Positions 56,915 through 64,000 of a DNA stretch of 64,000 bases are shown piece by piece (the first letter of the stretch is position 1; every line of letters starts with the position of its first letter). Below the pieces are notes generated by a model. It saw only the letters and a program-made list of their open reading frames with translations. It had not been told where the DNA came from and did no database searches. Location of the stretch: the NCBI RefSeq assembly GCF_009914755.1, contig NC_060927.1, one strand, 5' to 3'. The position numbers and the translations under genes are program-made. This DNA is from the human T2T-CHM13v2.0 reference genome, Homo sapiens.

Positions 56915-57915
56915 CAATATAAATAAACCAATAAAGGAATACGGGATGTCAAATTATTTATTCATAAAATAATTGATTAATATTTGCAATAAAGGCAGGA
57001 AATCATTTAAGGAATATATCTTGATTTGTTTTACTAACTGATGGAGAATGTTCTTTCTTATTATCTTTTCCAAACAATACTTTATGTCACCATGGAGAAA
57101 GAGCATGATTCACCAACAATTCAGTACGGTTTTTTCAGGTTCTCTGTGTAATAGTTTTAGACCTTTTCAATTAAAACAGTTGAAATTCTTGCATGTAAAG
57201 TATGCTTTAAAATATTTCTCTTTCTCAATCTTGCTACCTAATAGCAAATGTAACTTTATAAGATATAATTGTAATCAATGCTCACCAATCAGGAATTGTT
57301 AATTTTTCCAATTTGCTATATATGCTGAAGAACGAGGGAATTTAGTCTTTTGAATGAAAAAAATTGCTTTCTTAAGAAGTCAGAGTAGATGATATTCTGT
57401 TTACTACGTGAATAATACGTATACAAATATGATAAAATAACATGATAAATATGACAAATATTTCATAAATAATATGAAAATTGTGATAAAATAATATAAT
57501 ATAAAATATAAAATATGTGTGGTAAATGATAGATCATATGTACAAATTGTCTATAGTTTTGAAAGGTGTTTATTATATTTGACTTTTATAAATTTTTATT
57601 TTTTGCAATAATATGCTATGAATTTGAAATGAATAAGCCTCTTTGTATGTGCCAATCATGTATGTAACTATCATTTCTAAAGTGGAAATAATTTGGGTTT
57701 CTAGTTATATTTAAGGAGTTTTTACAAAATTTTGAAAGAATCCCCAAGTGTTTTCCTGAACTTTATCGAGAAACAGTAATCCAAAGTTAATTACGTGCAA
57801 GGCAAAGAACTATGTTCCAGTTTACATGCGATCAAATAATCAATAACTTAGAGGTGATTTATTTTAAATCCCCTCATTTTACAAATGTAAAGCTAAAGTC
57901 AAGAAAGGTTTGGTA

Positions 57916-58850
57916 ATTTTTTTTTTGTATTTAAAAGTTTAAACCTATAGAAGAGTTGAAGTAATAGTATAATGAACAACCATATAATCTTCACTGTTTG
58001 ATAACATTTTGACAAATTTCTTTGTTCTCTTTTCCTCACACACACACGTGCATATATATGTATGTTGAATTTTTTGCTTAATTACTTGCTGTTAAACATC
58101 ATGATACTTTACCTCTAAATGTTTTAAAATATACCTGCTAAGTAGGACATTCTCCTACAAAAGCACATTACTATTATTACCTCCAAAATTACTTAGTGCA
58201 ATTCAGTTATAACATCTAATGTATCATTCATGTTCAGATTTTTGTCTCCAACATGTCTTTTATGTTTTTCTCTTTATACTGGGTTTCAATCAAAGTTCAT
58301 TCATTACACTTGGTTAAGAATCATTGGAATATTTTAATTTAAAACAATTCCTATGCTTTTTAGTTTTTGTTTTTAATGATACTGAATTTTGTGAGAGTCC
58401 AAGCCAGTTGTCTTATACAATGCCCCCATTTGGATTTGCTTGATTGTTTCTTTATGATCAGATGCAAATTAACATTTTTGGCACAAATATTAGGCCATTA
58501 GTTGACACTAGATAGTTCTTATTGCATCAGTGAGGAATCACATAAAGTTATATTGTCTTACTTTTGGTGATCCTAAATTATATCACTCAATTAATGGAGT
58601 GATCTCAAGATCTCTTCATTATAAGGTCTATTTTCCCTTTGTAATTTAAAAAAGTTATCTGTGATATGATATTTTTAGACTGTGTGAATATTCTGTTCTC
58701 TAATAAACTTTCACCAATTGGTTTGCAAATCTCTGATATTCTTGTCTAAGTTACATATTACTTTGGGGGTTGTATAATGATGATGTTTTAACTCTATAAT
58801 TCTATATTTATTGTTAACATTCCTCTCTATGAAAGACAACTCCTTTTTTT
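57916..58850 (-). mobile_element. L1MC4/L1MC5-like 3' end
   Basis: tttaaacctatagaagagttgaagtaatagtataatgaaca...catcatgatactttacctctaaat...aggacattctcctaca...ttttccctttgtaatt...gactgtgtgaatattctgttc. Confidence 0.7.
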
Positions 58851-58881
58851 CAGGCATCTTTATTTCCTTGTCCTTTCCCAT
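58582..58881 (+). repeat. Local dispersed duplication pair B, donor copy (partner 61608-61908)
   Basis: Manual alignment gives about 14 substitutions plus one indel in 300 bp (~95% identity). This copy is collinear with the surrounding L1MC. Confidence 0.96.
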
Positions 58882-58925
58882 AGTTGTCAAGGATCACTTC
58901 AGCACAACTGTCTTCTTTCTAGAAA

Positions 58926-59107
58926 GCCTCGTCTCACTCCTCACCTTTAATATGGCAAATGCTCTAGTCTTCATCCATGCACCAACATCTACCATCCTGG
59001 CCATTTCAGACATGCCTTGTCTCACTCCTCACCTTTAATATGGCAAATGCTCTAGTCTTCATCCATGCACCAACATCTACCATCCTGGCCATTTCAGACA
59101 TGCCTTG
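58926..59107 (+). repeat. Perfect 88-bp tandem duplication
   Basis: gtctcactcc...cagacatgcctt starts at both 58931 and 59019 with no differences. Boundary microhomology gcct(c/t)g at 58926, 59014 and 59102. Confidence 0.97.
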
Positions 59108-59512
59108 AAAGCCACTCAGTCCCATTGGCTCTGAAGGGCTCTCATGGCTTCATGGCTCCCAGGTCCTCGTGGCTCTGAAGGACTGAGGAATGACTGGACG
59201 CGAGAGGTCCAGAAGAAAGGGTTTTGACTCAACCAAGACACAGTTTAATGAAACCGAAGTTTGGGTAGTAGGATTAAGGCTGACGGACAGATTATTTATT
59301 TACACTTTTAGTGAACAATTTCAAAAATAAGAAAAGCAGTAAAATAGTAAAATAAACCCTCAAATACCCATCATTCAATTTCGACAACTTTTAATATTTT
59401 GCCAATTTTATTGGATCTATTTTTCACTCTATTTTTTGTTGTCTAATGAAAATCCTATGCATGATGTCTTTCTATTCTTATATATGTCAGTATTTATTAA
59501 ACTGATAGGGTT

Positions 59513-60126
59513 TGTGTTATGCAGAATTCCAAGATCGTCCCCCTAGATTCCTGGACCCTAGAGTACACACATTTTATCCCAGTCATTCAGTCAAACAGTA
59601 ATGTAGGCACTGCTCTAAAGAATTTTGCAAAAGTAATTAAGAACCTCAATCAATTGACCTTAACATAGGAAGATAATCTGGGTGGGCCTGGCCTAATCAT
59701 ATGAGCCCTTTAAATCTCAGTCTAGAGGTCAGAGACAGAGGAAGTCAGAGATTTAATACATGAGGGGGATTCAACATGCAAGACATTCTCCATTACTATG
59801 AATAGCTTGAAGATAGAGGGAGCCAAGTGGCAAAGAATGAATCCTCTAGGAGCTGAGAGTCGCTCTGGTCAACAGCAAGTAACAAAATGAGAACTTCAGT
59901 CCTAAAAGCATAGAGAACTGAATTTTGTCCACACCCTATATGAAATTGGACCCTAATCCTCAGATAGGAGTAGCAACCCCTAATGTTGCCTTGTTTTCAG
60001 CAGTTTAAGATCCTGATAAGAGAACTCAGCCAAGATTCCTGATCCATAGAAAGTGGAGATAATAAATTTGAATTTTTTCAAGTTCCTAAATTTATGGTAT
60101 TTTCAAAACTATAGAAAACTAACAGA
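59513..60126 (+). mobile_element. MLT1E-like solo LTR inside an old L1MC piece
   Basis: tgtgttatgcagaattccaagat...agataatctgggtgggcctggcctaatca...cctctaggagctgagag...atagaaaactaacag. Confidence 0.75.
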
Positions 60127-60717
60127 ATTATAATAAAACTATATATTTGTGTATATAAAATAAAATAAAACTGTAGCAAACTAATTTTTAAGAAATATCA
60201 CCACCATACCATCATCACACCTAACAAAATTAACAATCATTACTGGGGAAAAGACAGTCTTTTCAATAAATGGTACTGGGAAAACTGGATATCCATATGC
60301 AGAGAATGAAACTAGACCCCGTATCTCTTGCCACATACAAAAATCAAATCAAAGTGGATTAAAGACTTAAATCTAGGATGTCAAACTGTGAAACTACAAG
60401 AAAACATTGGGGAAACACTACAGGACATTGGTCTGAGCAAAGATTTATTGAGCAATACTCCACAAGCACAGGCAATCAGAGCAAAAATGGACAAATGAGA
60501 TCACCTCAAGTGTAAAAGCTGCACAGCAAAGGATACAATCAACAAAATGAAGAGAAAACCCACAGAATGGGAGGAAATATTTGCAAACTACCCATCTGAC
60601 AATGGATAAATAACCAGAATATATAAGGAGCTCAAACAACCCCATAGGAAAAAATCTGATTACCTGATCAAAAAATAGTCAAAAGATTTGAATAGACATT
60701 TCTCAAAAGAAGACATA

Positions 60718-61141
60718 GATTGATGGGCATTTGGGTTGGTTCCAAGTCTATGCGGCACATATACACCATGGAATACTCTGCAGCCATCAGAAAGGATGAG
60801 TTCATGTCCTTTGCAGGGACATGGATGAAGCTGGAAATCATTCTCAGCAAACTAACACAGGAACAGAAAACCAAAACCACGTCTTCACTCATAAGTGGGA
60901 GTTGAACAATGAGAACACACGGACACAGGAAGGGGAACATCACACACTGGGGCCTGTCAGGGAGTTGGGGGGTTAGGGGAGGGATAGCATTAGGAGAAAT
61001 ACCTAATGTAGATTACGGGTTGATGGGTGCAGCAAACCACCACGGCATGTGTATACCTATGTAACAAACCTGCATATTCTGCACATGTATCCCAGAACTT
61101 AAAGGAAAAAAAAAAAAGCTGAGATACAACCTTGGAAAAAG
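60718..61141 (+). mobile_element. L1PA7-like 3' end with 5' inversion, nested in L1MA
   Basis: 13-bp TSD aaaagaagacata (60705-60717 / 61142-61154). Inverted piece 60718-60749. Sense piece 60750-61104 with ggagaaatacctaatgtaga...gcagcaaaccaccac...gtatcccagaacttaaag. Confidence 0.92.
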
Positions 61142-61607
61142 AAAAGAAGACATACAAATGGCAAATAGACATATGAAAAGGTGTTCAACATCATTGATCA
61201 TCAGAGAAATGCAAATCAAAACCACAATGAAATATTATCTCAGTCCAGTTAAAATGGCTTACATACAAAAGACAGGCAATAACAAATGCTCCAGAGGATG
61301 CAAAGAAAAGGGAACCCTTGTACACTGTTGGTGGAAATGTAATTAGCACAACCACTATGGGGAACAGTGTGGAAGTTGAGCTAAAAATTGAGCTACAATA
61401 TGATCCAGCAATCCCACTGCTGGGTATATACCCCAAAGAAAGGAAATCAGTATATCAAAGAGATATCTGCACTCCCGTATTTGTTGCAGCACTGTGTACG
61501 ATAGCTAAACTTTGGAAGCACGTAAGTGTCCATCAGCAGATGAATGGATAAAGAAAATGTGGTGCATATACACAATAGAGTATTATTCAGCCATAAAAAA
61601 GAAAGAG

Positions 61608-61908
61608 ATCATTCAATTAATGGAGTGATGTCAAGATCTCTTCATTATAAAGGTCTATTTTCTCTTTCTAATTTAAAAAAGTTATCTCTAATATGATATT
61701 TTAAAACTGTGTGAATATTCTGTTCTCTAATAAACTTTCACTAATTGGTTTGCAAATCTCTGATATTCTTGTCTAAGTTACATATTACTTTGGGGGTTGC
61801 ATAATGATGATGTTTTAACTCTGTAATTCTATATTTATTGTTAACATTCCTCTCTATGAAATACAGCTCCTCTTTTTCAGGCATCTTTATTTCCTTGTCC
61901 TTTCCCAT
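61608..61908 (+). repeat. Local dispersed duplication pair B, inserted copy inside L1MA
   Basis: Interrupts the L1MA between gagatc and cattatgttaagt. ~95% identical to 58582-58881. Confidence 0.96.
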
Positions 61909-63806
61909 CATTATGTTCCTTCCCATCATAACATTATCTTAACATTATGTTAAGTAAATAAGCCAGACATAGAAAGACAAACATCACATGTTCTCACTTA
62001 TTTGTGGGATCTAAAAACCAAAACAATTGAACTTACGGAAATAGTGAATAGGATTGTTCCAGGGGCAGGGAATCATAGTAAAGGGCTGGAGGGGAAGTGG
62101 GGATGGTTAATGGGTACCAAAAAAATAGAAAGAATGAATAAGACCTGCTGTTTGATACCACAATAGGGTTACTGTAGTCAATAATAACTTAATTGTACAT
62201 TTTAAAATAACTTAAAGAGTGTAATTGGATTGTTTGTAACTCATAGGATAAATGCTTGAGAAGATACATACCCCATTCTCCACTGTGTGCTTATTTCACA
62301 TTGCATGTTTGTATCAAAACATCTCATATAACCCATAAATATATATACCTACTGTATACCCACAAAATTTTTAAAATAATTTAACAAAAAAATGAGAAAA
62401 CAATCATTGCTTACTATGTTTGATCTTTGAGGGTTTTTAAAAGACATAATAATCATGGCTGCTGTTTTATTTGTTAAGTAGGCTTTTATGAACCTGTCAG
62501 GAAAGTTAACAACATCATATAACCTTACAATTATGAGAGAGCAAATTCAAACAACTAACATGCAAATAAACTTTTGGATCGCATCCCAAAAAAACTTGGA
62601 GTCTGTCTGTATTTCTCAAATTAATTAGTTGAAGAGTTGTAATCAAATGACTGTGGAGACCAAATTACTTAGAACATGTTAAATCATGTCATAGTTAACG
62701 TCTCCTCTTTGATGAGTCTCTGCCATTTTAAATAATTCCAATGAGTCACTTATTCTAAAAGTTGAGTATGTATCATTTGCATTGCATATTACTTATTCTC
62801 ACAAAGGTGTTTTCCCTTTCCAGTCCCTTTTATAATATTCCCAGTGCAACCACCTCTCTTCTTGCACTTCAAGGTTTGGTTTTGTAAATAAACTATATAA
62901 GGAATAAAATACTGAATGATGATGTACCCAAGAGTTAATGATTTTTCATTCTGAGATGTTAGTTATATCACTTTCTGAACTTAACTCTATTTAGAATTTT
63001 GTTTCCAAATTAAAAACAAGCTGGTCATTTTCTAAATATTCTGCAGCTTCTGACATCAATTCCTTAGTGAGTTTTGATTTCTTGATGATTCTCAGTACCA
63101 TGTTCACTGGATATTTGTCTGAGATTTTGATTATGTATCTCCCTGAAATCTTCATTTTCCAAACTAACTTTCTTAAGTACTATAGCTCCTTCCCTAATGA
63201 CCTCCTCCAGATCTTATCCCTTTTTAGAAACTTTCCCAGGTTTTATGGAAAGAAATTACTGATGCATTTCACTCACTTTTAGTATAAGAACCACTAATAC
63301 ATACCTCCTGAAGTCACATAATTACTGATTTCCAAGCTTGTTTCTTGCAAGTTGTGGCCTATTCTGGTTTGGAGCAAATATTTTGCGTGTTTTTGTTGAT
63401 AATTATAGAAACTATAGCAGTAGAAATTGCTTTGAACGTGGAGCAATCAGCATAGCCACAAGCATAGCTTGCTGCTAAAAGATTTAAATCAGTAGTTTAC
63501 ATTTGCAGGTCACAGTTTTCACAAAAGTTCTTCAAATCATACATCCAAATCATTCAGTAGCCTGGCTATGTAAGTTTTCAAAGGATATGTGTAACTGTTG
63601 TTCAAAAATATGCAAGTGATGCTGTGAATAATAATTTTATATGTCACTAAAATATAGTAGCTTTGTCATTAGCATATTTCCTGTCTGTAAGTAATAGAAA
63701 TAGAAAGGTGGTTATATAGGATTTTGTTGTATTTTTATGTAATCCTACTTTTGAAAAATAATCTCTCTCTAATCTGTATCTACAGAAGATAGATAATAGA
63801 AAGATA

Positions 63807-64000
63807 TAGTCATGCATCTTTTAATGGTGGAGATACCATCTGAGAAATGCATTGTTAGATGTTTTGTCTTGTGTGAGCATCAGAGAGTGTACTTACACAA
63901 ACCTAGACAGTATAGCCTACTACACACTTAGGCTATACGGTATAACCTATTGCTCCTAGGCTACAAACTTGTACAGCATGTTACTGTACTGGATACTGTA
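63807..64000. mobile_element. Tigger3/MER7 (Golem) end, running off the window
   Basis: agtcatgc...tctgagaaatgcattgttag...agagtgtacttacacaaacctaga...tagcctactacacac...ctattgctcctaggctacaaac. Confidence 0.85.

Larger units (their letters stand above)
60245..62398 (+). mobile_element. L1MA1/L1MA2 3' portion carrying two internal insertions
   Basis: ORF2 C-terminal remnants and L1MA 3' UTR (aattggattgtttgtaac...ccccattctcca...cccataaatatata). TSD aacaatcattact (60232-60244) / aacaatcattgct (62399-62411). Confidence 0.9.

Noticed and set aside
58882-59290. Possible processed pseudogene fragment
   Set aside because: Translations tried (e.g. MSEMARMVDVGAWMKTRAFAILKVR) match nothing I recognise, and there is no polyA or TSD.

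Overview
AT-rich primate genomic DNA, hominoid and most likely human (it carries an L1PA2-like end, AluY copies and a solo LTR12C). It reads as intergenic or deep intronic. I found no recognisable protein-coding gene, RNA gene or CRISPR array. The ORF track is mostly explained by Alu, L1 and LTR12 sequence, simple repeats and decayed Tigger transposases. A large part of the window is identifiable transposable-element debris: a full-length Tigger2, a 5'-truncated Tigger1, Tigger3, MER2B, several hAT MERs, MADE2, about 15 Alus, L1PA2, L1PA7, L1PA16, L1MA and L1MC pieces, L2, CR1, MIR, MaLR and ERVL LTRs, and LTR12C. Family names were assigned by eye from remembered consensus sequences, so subfamily calls need RepeatMasker. 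I cannot support a claim of a new biological system. The best-supported unexplained structure is a set of repair and retrotransposition scars: (i) two separate ~260-300 bp direct copies placed 3-4 kb downstream of their partner, each with stuttered microhomology at a junction; (ii) a short L1PA2 with an apparent 3' transduction; (iii) an L1PA7 with a twin-priming inversion and extra 3' sequence; (iv) a perfect 88-bp tandem duplication; (v) an LTR12C inserted into a tail-less Alu fragment. Weaker leads are a CTCF-like motif, a CpG-retaining motif-dense element near 23.7-23.9 kb, and a few candidate non-coding exons.
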